Shown in pieces: positions 37,101-52,000 of a DNA stretch of 64,000 nucleotides. The stretch covers positions 1,860,001-1,924,000 of the forward strand of contig MU008160.1 in the NCBI GenBank assembly GCA_010909165.1, written 5' to 3'. The translations under genes were made by a program, and so were the position numbers. This stretch comes from Anthoceros angustus. Its lineage: Eukaryota > Plantae > Anthocerotophyta. How positions within the stretch are numbered: the first letter of the stretch is position 1; each line of letters opens with the position of its first letter. A model generated the notes under the pieces. It did no database searches. It was not told where the DNA came from and worked only from the letters and a program-made list of their open reading frames with translations.

Positions 37101-39111
37101 TGGCGTCGCAGGGTGGTCTCATCATCCAATCACCACGAGGTGAAGCACTCCTTGCTCCACCTTGGGTTCCTCCTCCGCCTTCTTCACCTTCTTAGGAGGG
37201 ACCCTGTCATCCCTCGGAGGACCACTTCAAATGGTGGTAAGATTCCTCCAGCTCTTCTTGTCGATAACCCATGTGCCCCCACAAGCGGTAAGTACTCAAA
37301 TGGTGTGCCTCGCCCCTCATTATCCACAATGTTTGGCCTCGTGACTTGTCTCGGTGATGCTCATAGGCATGACATGGTTGTCCCCAGTCGGTGAGCTCCT
37401 TGACTTCCACATGAAATGAAAGAATGCCTTCTTGAAGTAGGTGGTTGTTGTGTGGTCGGCCCAAAACTATCCTTGTAAAAGCTTCCACTTGAGGTCGCAA
37501 TCTTATCCTCCGGCCATTCCGTCTTGGCGTCTATCCCTCCGATGAGCATCTTTGAGAGCTTCCTCGGAAGGTCGACCACCACTCTCTTTCCATCTTCATT
37601 CCTCTCGTGGGAGCCACCCCATCACTCTCGGTTTCGGCCTCCCATACACCTTTCGAATGTCTTTGGGACGGTCCATCCCTTGGATCATCCGCACGTTCCT
37701 CTCCGTCAGTCTCTGTTTCTCCCTCCGTCGATTCGGTGCTGTAGCAAGACTCAACCAATTCCACATTAGAATAGGCCCAATGTATTAAACCCAGGCTGCA
37801 CATTTTAGGTATTGTCGAAAATCCCATAAGTCTCTGGAGGAGACTTGCATGGCTACAAAAATCCGGCCCCTCCTTCTCCCCACTGACCAGAGGGGTACTT
37901 GCCTCGGCCCCGACGGCCTCCTCACCTCCAACCTCCACCTGTAAGGCTTGCTTCACTAATGGAGTGTCAATTAGTCGGATGGTCGCAGATCCTTCAAAGC
38001 CTTTGTCTTCTCATTCCTCCCCGGGTGCACTGACGCCTTTCTCTTGGTGAGCGCCTCCACTCCCGACCCGATGTTGGGTGGAACTCCGTGACTCGGTCAT
38101 CTCCTGGGTGGGTTACATCCACCACCCCGCTCCATGGGGTTGCCTCAGACACATGGTGGCACCGCCACCTCTTCCTCTTGTGCCACCTGCCTCCCCTCGG
38201 ACGACGTGCACTTCTCCTTCCTTGGCCGAGGGGTGGTCTCATCATCCAATCACCACGAGGTGAAGCACTTTGCTCCACCTTGGGTTCCTCCTCCTGCCTT
38301 CTTCACCTTCTTAGGAGAGGGACCCTGCATCTGCCCCTCGGAGGACCACTTCAAATGGCTGGTAAGACTCCTCCAGCTCTTCTTCCGTCAGTAACCCATG
38401 TGCCCCCCACAACTGCACAAGGTAAGTACTCAAATGGCGGTGCCTCGCCCCCTCATTATCCACAATGTTTGGCCTCAGCAGCTTGTCTCGGTGATGCTCA
38501 TAGGTCACAAGATGGTTGTCCCCCAGTCAGGCCGAGCTCCTTGCTTCAGCTTCCACATGAAATGAAAGAATGCACTGCTGAAGTAGGTGGTTCGGCAGTC
38601 ACCCAAAACTATCCTTGTAAAAGCTTCCACTTGAGGTCGCAATCTTATCTGCCTCCGCCATTCCGCCTTCGCCTATCCCTCCGATGAGCATGCCGAGAGC
38701 TTCCTCGTGAAGGTCACCACCACGCTCTTTCCATCTTCATTCCTTTCCGTGGAGCCACCCCATCACTCTCGGCCTCCCATACACCTTTCGAATGCCGATA
38801 CCATCCTTCGGATCTGCCCGCACGTTCCTCTCAGTCCTCTGTTTCTCCCTCCGTCGAGTGCAGTAGCAAGACTCAACCAATTCCACATTAGAATAGGCCC
38901 AATGCCCATCAGAAACCCTCGAGCTGCATTTCGCGAGCATCGAAAATCCCATAAGTCTCGGAGGAGACTTGCACGCAAACACAAAAATCCGGCCCCTCCT
39001 TCTCAGTCCCGCCTCCTTCACCGCTTTTCTTCTTCTTCTCCTTTTGTGAGCTCCTCCCTCCTTCTTTGGGCGCCTTGCGCACTCCTCCGGGCATTCGTCT
39101 TCATCTTCCAT
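34108..39111 (-). pseudogene. Protein-coding region inside the gypsy 3' LTR (roughly 800 aa non-redundant; charged N-terminus, W-rich middle, coiled-coil C-terminus)
   Basis: Fragments MEDEDEC..., WAYSNVELVESCY, MLIGGIDAKTEWPEDKIATSSGSFYKDSFG, TLERDALRSKIASGEWPEEFDEICLKGQEMQVHLHARVNKFAKEMRSLL and ...AKRRKTV..AMPTPKKK*. Confidence 0.65.
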
Positions 39112-39259
39112 ACGCCTTGGGCGGTCTAACTTCTCCAAAAATCCTTCTGTCTGTGATTTTCTCCTCGAATTCTTCTAAGTGTTCTCAGTGCATCCTCCAG
39201 GCCTCCGTCCTCCGTCCTTGAGTCCTCGACCAACTCAAATGAGCTAAACACTCCCCTCT

Positions 39260-39430
39260 ACTTACATATATAGGGTGAGGAGGATTTTCCACACCCAAAG
39301 GCCAAGGACAGAAATTTCCCTGTCCAAAGGCCAAGGACCTTTTCCCTTGGGCGTTAGGAATTCCTCAACCGAAGGCCAAGGAAGAAATTTTCCATGTTCA
39401 CCAATTGCAAAGCCCAAGGAAAAATCAGCG
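39260..39430 (-). promoter_or_regulatory. Gypsy LTR promoter: CCTTGGCCTT repeats followed by TATA box CCCTATATATGTAAG
   Basis: Four CCTTGG(C/G)CTT motifs, then TATA at ~39272-39265. Equivalent copies lie at ~55005-55170 and ~55575-55735. Confidence 0.6.
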
Positions 39431-40079
39431 AGACATGCAAAGGTCGACCCGCCACGTCATGACCCTAACCCTTGCCCGTCTTCCTTTGTGAAACCCTCAG
39501 AAGAAGGAATGCTGATTTCCTCCTCCGGCGCCAAGGATGATTTCTCTATATGCTTGCATCGCTCCTCCTTAGTGTTTATTGCCTCTTCCTTCCTCTCGCC
39601 TTTGTCGTCGCTCGCGCACCTCAACCTCGCGCTCTGAATTTGCGCGACCGCAACGCGAGCCTCTCTGCGCGTCTTCGGTGGAGTAAGAACCTTACTCCCG
39701 GCGCATGTCGGGCGGGAGTGACTGGCGCCGCCATACTGGGCCGGCACCAACCCTCCTTTTTGAGTTCGGCCCTTGCGAACCTCCCTCTCGCGGCGTAAAC
39801 TTTCCGGACCTCTCCGGACCTCAAATCCTTACGTTGGACCCATTTTGAATCCGTTTTCCTCCTTTACCGTCGATCGGGGGCAAATCTGTCGCCCGCTTCT
39901 CCACTCACTCCTTGTTGTCTTCCGTCGATGTTGGAGAAAAGAAAAGAAAAATAAAACCTAACTAATATGAACAAAACTAAGAGGCATCCGCCCTCTTCTA
40001 ACCGTGGACCCAAAATTTGGCGTTCCACATGCCCCCTTCCACTTGTTTGCGTCCACGCAAACAACGGGACTCAAAAAAA

Positions 40080-43000
40080 ATACTTCTTGACCTTCCGCCA
40101 TTCACTCGCGTTAGGAGGTCTCCATCAAGACTCGCGGTGGGACCCATTCTCTCACCTCCTCAACCTTGTAGGGTCCCATCCACCTCAATCTCAACTTTCA
40201 CGGAAAATCTAAGTATCGGCATCATCTGCACCAAATCTCCAGCCACAATCACTTCTCTCTTTGAAGCTTCCGTCATGTCGATGCTTCCGTTGTTCTTGGA
40301 TCTTGTAGGTCTCCTCAAGTGCCTCTTCTCGGTCCTCCTCATAAGTGAAAGCCTCCAATCCTTGTTGATCCTCCACGGTCATCCTTCGTCCTCCATGATT
40401 CGATGTGTTGGAATCTCAAACTCAATTGGTAACACTGGTGACATCCGTAGGTCGGATAGTAGGCGTTCGTTTATGGTTACCTTCTCGGTCCGATATGCCC
40501 AAAGTCTTTGAATGAAGCTTCTGTCGATCATACATGTGTGTGGATCACCTTAGTCAAAATGGTACCCACAATCCGTTGGTCTTCTCGTGAGGCCATTTGC
40601 CTTGGGTTGTAAGGCGTTGTCTTGCGGTGTCGTATGTTGAAGTAGTGGTCAGCGACTCAATGGCGATGTTCGAAGTGAGTTCTCGGTCACTCACCAACTC
40701 AAGGGACAACCATACTGTGATGATGTTCTCAAACAAAAATTTTACTATCGGGCGTCATCCTTCCTTGTCGCCTCCGCCTCTACCATCTTGGTCGATGTCG
40801 GTGGCCACCAATATGTATTGCTTAGTCCACAGGTGGCGATCAATAACAAAGTCGATTCCCACTTCTCAAAAAGGCGAGTGGCGAGAATGTAGGTCGATGG
40901 CCCTTGTGTGGGCGGTCGGCCTCCCTACACCGACACGCGTCGCATCTCCTAATAGAATCCCAAACATCACGTTGCATGGTAGTCCACCAAAAGCTGTATC
41001 CAAAATCTTCTTAATCGTGACTGCAGGTAATGACCCCCTCCTCCATGTAAAGCCTCAATCACCAAAAGCGCCTCTCAGGGCTCCAGACACCGCCGTATCT
41101 TCTCATCCGCCCCATCTTGTACAAGATTCCATTCCTCAAGCGATGAGGCTACCTTATGAAGAAAAAGCGCTCGTCCTTCCTACTCAATCCATTGGGCATG
41201 ATTCCTAACTCCGAGAATCTTGAACTTCTCCATTAGCGCGCCTTGCAGTGGCCCTTCTCTATCCCTTGAAAACGCGGCGTTGCGCCCTTGTGGAAACCAC
41301 GGCTCCTTGCTGATCTTGGTTGAGGACTCATGGCACGTCCTCCACGATTCGCACTGCTGCGCTATCGCCGTTAGCGTCTCTCCGTCATTGTCCACGAAGT
41401 CGATCGAACTCCCCCGGCTTGATCCGGGCGGTGGACCACACACCCTCGTACAGCGCTGCTCTTCTGCAGGGCTCACTTCGACCCTACATTGTAACTTCCT
41501 CTTCATCCTCAGTGAATCGCGACCAACTCCTCGTCGAAACCTATCGTCCGTCTCCGGACCTTTCCGATTGTTCTCAACCTCGAGATGAAATCCGCGTTGA
41601 TGTGTCTCTTACCGCTCGCGTCTCAACATCAAAATCAAACTCTTGCGGCAAAAGAATCCATCGAGCAATTCTTCCCGACAAATCCGGCTTGTTCACTAGG
41701 TACTTGCCAAAATGATCAGCGTGGAAGGTTACCTTGCGAGGCCAAGAGGTAGTGGCGAAACTTCTTGCATGCGTAGATGATTCCCAACGCCTCCCTCTCG
41801 ATCGTGAGTAATTTCTCTCGCGTCGATCAATACGCCGCGTAGAAGATAGGATGATCCCTCTTCTCTTCGTCCTTACGGCTCGAATAGCCCCAAGCGCATC
41901 TGTGAGACATCACGTTGCATGGTAGTCCACCAAAAGCTGTATCCAAAATCTTCTTAATCGTGACTGCAGTAATGACCCCCTCCTCCGCATGTAAAGCCTC
42001 AATCACCAAAAGCGCCTCTCAGGGCTCCAGTTATCTTCTCATCCGCCCCATCTTGTACAAGATTCCATTCCTCAAGCGATGAGGCTACCTTATGAAGAAA
42101 AAGCGCTCGTCCTTCCCTACTCAATCCATTGGGCATGATTCCTAACTCCGAATCTTGAACTTCTCCATTAGCGCCTTGCGGTGCCTTCTCTATCCCGAAA
42201 ATGGCGGCGTTGCGCCTTGAGAAACGGCTCCTTGCTGATCTTGGTTGAGGACTCATGGCACGTCCTCCCTGATTCTCGCAGTCTGCTGCTGCTATCTCGC
42301 CGTTAGGCGTCTCTCCGTCATTGTCCACGAAGTCGATCGAACTTCCCTCTGCCGGCGATTAGGATCCAGTGGGACCACACACCCTCGGCCCCATTGCTCT
42401 TACATGCAGGGCTCCTACGTAACTTCCTCTTCATCCTCTGGTCGGACTGTCGCGACCAACTCCTCGTCAGGAAACCTATCGTCTCTCCGGACCTTTCCGA
42501 TTGTTCTCAACCTCGAGATGAAATCCAGCGTTGATGTGTCTCTTACCGCTCGCGTCTCAACATCAAAATCAAACTCTTGCAGCAAAAGAATCCATCGAGC
42601 AATTCTTCCCGACAAATCCGGCTTGTTCACTAGGTACTTCAGCAAAATGATCAACGTGGAAGGTTACCTTGCAGGCCAAGAGGTAGTGGCGAAACTTCTT
42701 GCATGCGTAGATGATTCCCAACGCCTCCCTCTCGATCGTGAGTAATTTCTCTCGCGTCGATCAAGCCGCGTAGAAGATAGGATGATCCCTCTTCTCTTTC
42801 CCCGGCTCGAATAGCCCCAAGCGCATCTGCTTGAACACATCCGTACACGTGAAATGGCTGTTCCCAATTTGGTGGTCTCAAGGTGGGTGCCTCCACCAAC
42901 TCCTCTTTAGTTGTTGGCTTCTTCTCTTTCCATCCACTCAAATGCTCGTCCTTCTTTGTGAGTGGGTTAGGACGGCTGCCTTCTTTGCAAAATCTTTGTG

Positions 43001-46000
43001 AATCTCCTGTAATAGCCGACTAACCCTATAGCTCGGCACCTTTGTTGTCAGGTGCATCCATCTCTGCGATCACCTTGACTTTCTCCATGTCCACTTGGAG
43101 TCCTCGTCTTTGAAACTCGATGGCGAGGAGAATCCCTCCGTCATCCGAAAAACACTTCCTGGGTGAAGTTTTAGGTTGGTCTCACGCAGCGTTGAAAACA
43201 CCGCCCGGATGTTCCCAATGTGAGTGTTGCCTCCCAAAGACACAAAATCGTCAAGAAACACTTCCATGAACTTGCGAAGAAAATCTCTAAAGATCTGTTT
43301 ACCACTCGTTGGAAAGTTGCGGGGCATTGCAGTCCGAATGGAAGCTTGGCGTGAGCAAAGCGTCCCCCAATCCGTGGTGAAAGTGGTCTTGTCTTGATCC
43401 TCCTTGCGTGGCGTGATTTGATTGTAACGAATAGCCATCTAGGAAGCTGTACATTTCATGACCCGCCACCGTGTCCAAAAGCTATCCATGAAGGGTAGTG
43501 GATGGTGGTCCTTCTTCGTCCGTTGAGCCTCACGAAATCTTGACAAACACGAACCTTGCCTTGTTGCTTCTTGGGAACCACCACGATGGGCGCCACCCAT
43601 TCTGGTGAGAACCGGATAAATCACCCCGCCTCTAAGTCTTGGTCCAATTGGTCCTTCACAACCATGGAGTACTTGGGATTGAGGCAGTCTTGCTTCACTC
43701 GAGCGTGCTTCCCTCCTTGAGGTCAATCACGATGGATTCCTAGCTCTTGAGAATCCCAAACATCACGTTGCATGGTAGTCCACCAAAAGCTGTATCCAAA
43801 ATCTTCTTAATCGTGACTGCACCGAGTAATGACCCCTGCCTCCTCCGCATGTAAAGCCTCAATCACCAAAAGCGCCTGGGCTCCGGACACCTTCGTATCT
43901 TCTCATCCGCCCCATCTTGTACAAGATTCCATTCCTCAAGCGATGAGGCTACCTTATGAAGAAAAGCGCTCGTCCTTCCCTACTCAATCCATTGGGCATG
44001 ATTCCTAACTCCGGGAATCTTGAACTTCTCCATTAGCAAGCGCCTTGCGCACGGCCGCCTTCTCTATCCCTTGAAACCGGCGCGTTGCCTTGTGGAGCCA
44101 CGGCTCCTTGCTGATCTTGGTTGAGGACTCATGGCACGTCCTCCACGATTCTCGCACCCTGCTATCTCGCCGTTAGGCGTCTCTCCGTCATTGTCCACGA
44201 AGTCGATCGAACTTCCTCCCGCCGGATGATCCGGTGTTGGACCACTGTACACCCTCGACCCGCCTGCTTCCTCTCTGGGGCTCACCGTCCGCTCGTAACT
44301 TCCTCTTCATCCTCCTCGGTGGTTGTCGCGACCAACTCCTCGTCGAAACCTATCGTCTCCTCCGGACCTTTCGATTGTTCTCAACCTCGAGATGAAATCC
44401 GCGTTGATGTGTCTCTTACCGCTCGCGTCTCAACATCAAAATCAAACTCTTGCGAAAAGAATCCATCGAGCAATTCTTCCCGACAAATCCGGCTTGTTCA
44501 CTAGGTACTTGCGCAAAATGATCAACGTGGAAGGTTACCTTGCGGGCCAAGAGGTAGTGGCGAAACTTCTTGCATGCGTAGATGATTCCCAACGCCTCCC
44601 TCTCGAGAATTTCTCTCGCGTCCAAGCCCGCGTAGAAGATAGGATGATCCCTCTTCTCTTCCTTCCGGCTCGAATAGCCCCAAGCGCATACACACATCAC
44701 CATACGTGAAATGGCTGTTCCCAATTTGGTGGTCTCAAGGTGGGTGCCTCCACCAACTCCTCTTTAGTTGTTGAAACGCTTCTTCTCTTCCATTGTCCAC
44801 TCAAATGCTCGTCCTTCTTTGTGAGTGGGTTAGGACGGCTGCCTTCTTTGCAAAATCTTTGTGAATCTCCTGTAATAGCCGACTAACCCTATGAAAGCTC
44901 GACCGCCTACCGTCCGAGGTGCATCCATCTCTGCGATCACCTTGACTTTCTCCATGTCCACTTGGAGTCCTCGTCTTTGAAACTCGATGAGCGAGGAGAA
45001 TCCCTCCGTCATCCGAAAAACACTGGTGAAGTTTTAGGTTGGTCTCACGCAACGTTGAAAACACCGCCGGATGTTCCCAATGTGAGTGTTGCCTCCCAAA
45101 GACACAAAATCGTCAAGAAACACTTCCATGAACTTGAAGAAAATCTCTAAAGATCTGTTTACCACTCGTTGGAAAGTTGCGGGGCATTGCAGTCCGAATG
45201 GAAGCTTGGCGTGAGCAAAGCGTCCCCCAATCCGTGGTGAAAGTGGTCTTGTCTTGATCCTCCTTGCGTGGCGTGATTTGATTGTAACGAATAGCCATCT
45301 AGGAAGCTGTACATTTCATGACCCGCCACCGTGTCCAAAAGCTATCCATGAAGGGTAGTGGATGGTGGTCCTTCTTCGTCCGTTGAGCCTCACGAAATCT
45401 TGACAAACACGAACCTTGCCTTGTTGCTTCTTGGGAACCACCACGATGGGCGCCACCCATTGGTGAGCGGATAAATCACCCCGCCTCTAAGTCTTGGTCC
45501 AATTGGTCCTTCACAACCATGGAGTACTTGGGATTGAGGCAGTCTTGCTTCACTCGAGCGTGCTTCCCTCCTTGAGGTCAATGCGATGGATTCCTAGCTC
45601 TTGAGAATCCCAGTCATATCGATGACCTTAAAGGCAAATACATCTATGTACTTCCTTAGTAAGGCCTTCAACTCCTCTTCTCGTCGGTGAGATACTTGGA
45701 AACTTTCACACTTTTGCGGCTTCAACTCCATGTCCTCCTGCGTCGGTCTACATAAACTCCCTCGCCCACACTCGTGCCTGATCCTTCCTCTGGAAAGTCA
45801 TGATCATAGGCATGACCCTTCCAAAAGGCAGCACCCTCTCGATGCTCCTCATCCTCCTGTAAATCTTCTTCCTCCAGTACGTCAGTATGGAAACATGGGA
45901 TCCCCTGTCCCCCATACACCATCTCCACTGCTTTGGCTGGTCCTTGGTAAGCCAAATTACTCCCGGACGAACTTCCGCCCGTGCTCCCTGAAGTGTATCC

Positions 46001-48900
46001 TGTCGTCGGAGACTCAGTCTCCAATTCGTAAGGTGATCTGCTCCACGATCTGTTGTCTTTGCGGGACTGTCACCTCGACACAAGTAACTCCACGCCTCCC
46101 AAAATCAAAGATGCATGTCCCTGATACGGCCTCCCAAGAAGTACCTTGTACCCCAAGTCCGTGGTCTCATCACAATGTAGGTCATTGAAGGTAATACCTC
46201 CAATCACCGTGGGGATGTTCTGCACCCCAAAGGCTTTCTCTTGTCAGTCCGCCATTCGTGAAGACACAACTGGGACTGAATTTCGTAAACCCAAGTCGAT
46301 GTGTTGTCTCTTCGGTCATCAAATTCACTCCAAATCCCGTGTCCAAAGGGACATCTGGCACTAAACATCCTGCTATCTCAATCTCAATCTCGGGGGCTCC
46401 ACAATCAACCAGCTCCACCGCGTTAACTTCCACTTGCATGCTCCTTACCTCTAGTGGCTCTGGTATCCCCCGTATCGCCTCCTTCACGATCTTCCTCGAT
46501 CTTGGACTCACCGCCAAGAGCTGTCTCAAGCTCACTACAAACTCTTGATCAAGTAGCGCATCAGCAAAGCTAGAAATCTTTGATGCTAGAACCCCTCTTG
46601 CGGTCTCACTACTCACGAGAGGCGCAGCAATGCCCTCTCTTGGTTGTTCCTCACTTGGCGCCTCTCCTTCGCTTGCTCCTTGCCCTCCACCGGGTCACTC
46701 ACTGCAGATTCAGCAAAAGAAACCTTTTTCGATCGCTGAGTCAGCCTCCTCAGTTCATCTTCCAACATCACGAACTTCCTTGCGATGTCTGAAGCGTGGT
46801 CTCCACCTCCCTCATGAGTGGTTGATCTCCTCTCGCCTCGTAACCTCTTGGACTCTCCTTCCGTCATCATCCTCCTCCAACACCGGATTAGGTGTCCCTT
46901 GTCTCGTCTCGGTGGCCAAGGTGAATCCTCGCGCACCTTCCTCTTCTTCTTATCATCTTCTCCTTGAGTCGGTCTACCCGTTCCTTCTCTCGCCTTCGGA
47001 TCGTGTGGTGACCCTAGCCACCAAGGGATCTTCTCCATCACTTACTTCTCCTGCATATCCCTCCTCCACAATCCACAGTAGACACCAAAGCCTCTTGTGG
47101 TTCTTCTTCTTCTTAGCCTCCACCGTCAACCCGTGTTAGCTACGCGATGGCGTCTCGTGTTGATGGGGATTGTCTCCGTTCTTTGGTTGGTGATTACGAC
47201 TCCTGGCCGTATAGGCACAGTACGTAACACTCCTGGGCACCTTGGATCTCCCACTTTGTGCCCCAATTCTTTGCATACACAGCGAGAAGGGCACATAGCC
47301 TACCCGTCGAGGTTCGGGCGATGCAGCGCGCATAGTGACTGGCATTCCACGGTTAAAACAACATCACGAGAGGCATTGGGCGTTGTGAAGGATCCGGCCT
47401 CCACGGTCTGGTGGCGGTCGTGAACTATAGCGCATCCACTGAAGGCGCCGGTTGGTAAGTTGGCCTCATTGACTGCGGTGGTCGTCCTCCTGTCACCGCT
47501 TGTACTTGGTAAGCTTCATCAACATACCAGTAGTCACCTGGTGTGTAGGCTTCTACCTGGTTGACTGCATGTCTTGGCGCTTTGACACACTCTCGATTCG
47601 TATGGCCTGATTGGTGACAGATCGAACAATACACTAACTGTCTGCCAGGCGAAGGAGATCTCCTAGGCGCCTGGTTGCGAACTGCTTTGACCTCCAATTC
47701 AGTCAATCTCCTTGTCAAAGCCTCAATTTGGTTGTTTAGACCTCCACCACTGTCTGTTGCTCCTCTCCATTCGGTGCGCTCCTTTACCCTTCTTGTCTTT
47801 CTCGCTTGGCGCTCGGCCTCTTCTTGTCTTAAGAATCTTCTCCAAATCCTTCTTCATTCTCCTTCGTAGGCTCTGTCGACTCCTCATCCGTGGGTGACTC
47901 GATGCGGCACTTCCTTGTTCCGTGTCGGTGAAGAGGCGAAGAATGAGAGACGAGGAGTGGAGGATCTGCCTCCCTTATGCTTCCCATGCTCCCTCACTTC
48001 TTCCTTCGACGACCAAGCTCCGCTGCCTCGTAATCTTCAGCCAACTTCAATGCTCCTTGCAGCGTAGTCGTTCCTCTCCGACAGTAAACATCCATCTTAG
48101 TGGGCAACCCACTTACAAACCAATCTAACGCCTGCTCATCTGAATAGCCTTGTGGTAGGACCTCCTGGAACAACTGGTCTACACCTTGGAACGCGATCCA
48201 AGTAACTGTAGAACCTCTCCACGTAATCATACAACGTTTCCTTCTTTCTCCTGCGGAGAGTCCTCAATCTCGCCAATGTATGATGTCCGTGACTCAACCC
48301 TCTGAACCTTGTTAGGAACTCTGATTTGAAGTCTTCCCAATCGTCGGTGGTGCAGTCCCATACGTCCTACTGTACCACTGTTGTGCGTGTCCTCTTAACA
48401 AACCCGGAAAAATTAAAGCGGTCCGCTGAATCCTCTAAATTAGCATGAGAGACATGCTCAAGCGTGCGAATAAAAGCCTCGCATCGTCTCCCTTCTTCTT
48501 GTCTCCAAACTTCACATCTGCATCGACTATGTGGCGCAATGAGCCACCTCCTCCTACCGTGGTGCCTCCGCACCAACTCCACTCATGTTGGGCCTGTTGT
48601 GTCGGGTGTTGCACCCCTTGCGCTGCTCCCAACCTTGGTGTGTGGACACCACCCACAGGTGTCTGCTCTCAGCAGTGGCGCCGCGACCTTCCGTTGGTAC
48701 ACCTAGCGTGTACGCCTCCACGGAATGTCGTCGATTCTTGTCTTGGGGACTTAGGCTCCTCTCAATGTCGCCTCCGTACTTCGGATCATTTTTTGTCCCT
48801 TCTTGGTTCTTCCAACTCTTCACCTTCAACATGAAGTGCAAAATCTTCTTCTTCAAGTGCGTCGGTGAAGGCACAAAATCCTCTTCCTCCCCTCGTAGCG
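40080..48900 (-). pseudogene. Gypsy gag-pol, heavily frameshifted, with RT/RH/INT-N segments repeated 2-3 times
   Basis: gag LDWFVSGLP, knuckle CSICHQSGHTNREC, protease LDTGFGVNLM, RT YNQI..DQDKTTFTTDWG and FMEVFLDDF, GRIARWILLLQEFDF, integrase zinc-finger region, and GPY motif near 40170. Confidence 0.9.
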
Positions 48901-49086
48901 TCGTTCTCTCGGACTTCTTTTCTGATTGATTCCTCCGTGTCGCTCGCAACTCTCTTGGTGAAATATATGGAGATGACCTTCCTCCGGATGCTCTTAGTTC
49001 ACCACGTCCTCCGGTCATCGGCGTACATCTTCACACTCTCCATTCGAACAAAGAAAAACACAACCCACTCCCGACAGCGCCAAAAA

Positions 49087-52000
49087 TGTGGTGGGAGGTT
49101 CCGGGACCCCGGAACCTCTCAGCAGCACACTTATCCCACTTTGTCGGTTCGTGCAGTGGGTTTCGTTCCACGAAGGAGTGGGGAGCCCTTCCTTCGGATG
49201 GAGGTGCGCCCTCCTGGCCCGGCCTCTCGACTCTCGGCTCCCGTCGGGCGCTAGCGCCCCTCCTACGGCCACACTTATCCCAATCGGTTCGACAAGAGGG
49301 TTTCGTTCCACGAAGGAGTGGGGAGCCCTTCCCCGCAATGGAGGTGCGCCCTCCACGACCTCTCGACTCTCACGACTCTGCAGCGCGCCCGACGACTAAC
49401 GCCTCCTACCGCCGCCGGTGACCCACCCTCGGTAAGTCACACTACCCTCGCGCGATGACTCGTCGGTAGCGGACCTCGTCATGAGCACCAATCTGCGTGG
49501 CGACCTTGGGACCCCAAATCACCGTCTGATGGGCAATCCTCCCACCAGCAGTTCCTACACTCCCTAAGACCCTTCTCATGACAAATTTGGGGCCGCCCCT
49601 CAAGCTCTTGTCACTTGAAATTTCACCTTCCCTCTCTTTTCTAGGTTTCTTCCTCCTCTCTTCTCTTTTGTCTTTTCTCTTTTCTCTCTTGCTCCTTCCT
49701 TCTCCTCTCTTGCTCCCTATCCTCTCTAGCTCCTCTCTCGTCCTCTCTCGCTCTCCTCTCTCGCTCTCTCTCGCTCTCTCTCTCTTTTCTTTCTCTTTTC
49801 TCTCTTTTCTCCTCTCTTCTCCTCTCTTCTCTAATCTACCTCTTCCACTCTTCCTAGCTAACTTCTCGTACAGCCCTCCAGCCTCCCAGCGCCTCGGATC
49901 ATAGGGCATTGCCCTCACGGACCTAGGCGGACATTTGGCTGGCGTCACGCGTCTTTGGATTTTGCTAGGGGTCTTCCTTACCGATCTGTCGCGTCGCAAC
50001 CACAATGCGCTCCTCACGCTCGAGCACTGCCTGCTACCTCCGGAAAGAAAGGTTTGGGCCCGCCCTCACCACAGTCACCGCACCTCAAGACCCTACGGAC
50101 ACCATGCACCCTCACACGGTGCACATGCGCTTGTGTAGCAAGACAAGCACCTGCAGTCGGAGAGCAAGGCATGACATTTTATTATGGGAGCTCCTCCCCT
50201 CTTATAGGAGCTCCCCAAACCCTAGCATTAATTAAGTCGGTGGGGTAGGTGGGGTTGCTTACGGTTTTAAGTAGGTGGCCTCTTAAAGGTTCTTAACCTA
50301 CCTCCTAACAATCCCACTAACCCCTAGGGGTCTTAATGACCCATTCACTCCCCTACCAACTATCGCCTACTTCTTCTTGGGTGTTGGCATGGCCACCGTC
50401 TTCCTCCTCTTGGCTTGGGACTCCTGTCCGGATCTCTTCACTCGTCGTCGACGGGAACCTCCACACTGTCTCGGCGATCTTGGCTGTTGGTGGGCACCCC
50501 TCTTGCAGGCGCTCTTGTAGAGCACGGCCTCTCTATCCATCTGTCTGCCGCGCAATTACCTCCAGGCGGTTGGGTGCGTGCTCACATCTGCGGACACCCC
50601 ACCAACTCTACGGCAAATCTCCTCTTCTTCTATTAGCTCCTCCCACATTGAGCCTTCTGCATCCATTTCACTCTCCAAGTCCTGAATCTCCGAAGCAGAG
50701 GGTCGCAATTCCTCCAAAATCTCCCTGTCGTCATCGTGGGGACCCAACAACTTCCTTGTAAACAAGAACGCATCTCCTTGGCAAACTTGTTGACCCTGGC
50801 ATGTAAGTGGACCTGCATCTCCTGGCCCTTCAAGCAAATCTCATCAAATTCCTCAGGCCACTCTCCACGAGGCTATCTTACCATAGCATCCCTCTCAAGC
50901 GTCACCTCACTCAAGCAGGCGTAAGTGACATTCTCGGCATCTCTCTTCCATGCCTCCGGATCCCTTGCCGCCATGCATAATCGGCTGGGCGTTGCTTCTG
51001 ACGACCGACATCGATGCATCATTTTCCTCCGGTGGGCTACCTCTTCCTTCCACCGTTGGTCGGCCTCCGTTGCTTGCTTTGAGCTCCTCACGCTCCTTGC
51101 TCCATGTGGCTGTCCTCCCCTCCGGCTCCTTGAGCTTGGCCTCGATTTCATTCTTGGCTTGGGGCTCCCTCAGGATCTCTTCACTCGTCGTGTGACGGGA
51201 ACCTCCACACTGTCTCGGCGATCTTGGTTGAGGCGGTGGCCACCCCTCTTGCGGCGCTCTTGTAGAGGCAGGCCTCTCTATAGCCATCATCTTGCTGCAA
51301 TTACCTCCAGGCGGTTGGGTGTTGGTGCAGCTCACATCTGTGCCAGACACCCCACCAACTCTCGGCTGGAAATCTCTTCCTCTTCCATTGGCTCCTCCCA
51401 CATTGAGCCTTACATCCATTTCACTCTCAAGTCCAATCTCGAGGCGGGGTGCAATTCTTCAAAATCTCCACACGTCATCGTGGGGACCCAACAACTTCCT
51501 TGTCAACAAGGAGCATCTCCTTGGAACTTGTTGACCCTAGCATGTAAGTGGACTGCATCTCCGGCCCTTCAAACAAATCTCATCAAATTCCTCGGGCCAC
51601 TCTCCGAGGCTATCTTACCATAGCATCCCTCTCAAGCGTCACCTCACTCAAGCAGGCTGTGAGTGACATTCTCGGCATCTCTCTTCCATGCCTCCGGTAT
51701 CCTTGTCGCCATGCATAATCGGCTGGGCGTTGCTTCTGACGACCGATCGATGCATCATTTTCCTCCGGTGGGCTACCTCTTCCACCGTTGGTATCGGCCT
51801 CCGTTGCTTTGAGCTCCTCACGCTCCTTGCTCCATGTGGCTGTCCTCCCCTCCAGGCTCCTTGAGCTTGGCCTCCGATTCTTCATTCTTGGCTTGGCGGC
51901 CTCGGCCTCCCAGGGCAGTCTTGATCGTCCCTATTCTCTTTCTTCTCGGCTGAAGTGAGAAATCTTCTTCCACTCCTTCCACATCAGACGGTCTCCTCAA

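Larger units (their letters stand above)
32938..40029 (-). repeat. 3' LTR of the gypsy element (7092 bp as assembled, internally duplicated)
   Basis: Same start and end sequences and block order as 49087-56373. Confidence 0.88.

Noticed and set aside
40040-40350. Chromodomain at the gypsy integrase C-terminus
   Set aside because: The frame ends shortly after the GPY motif, with no chromodomain-like sequence before the PPT.
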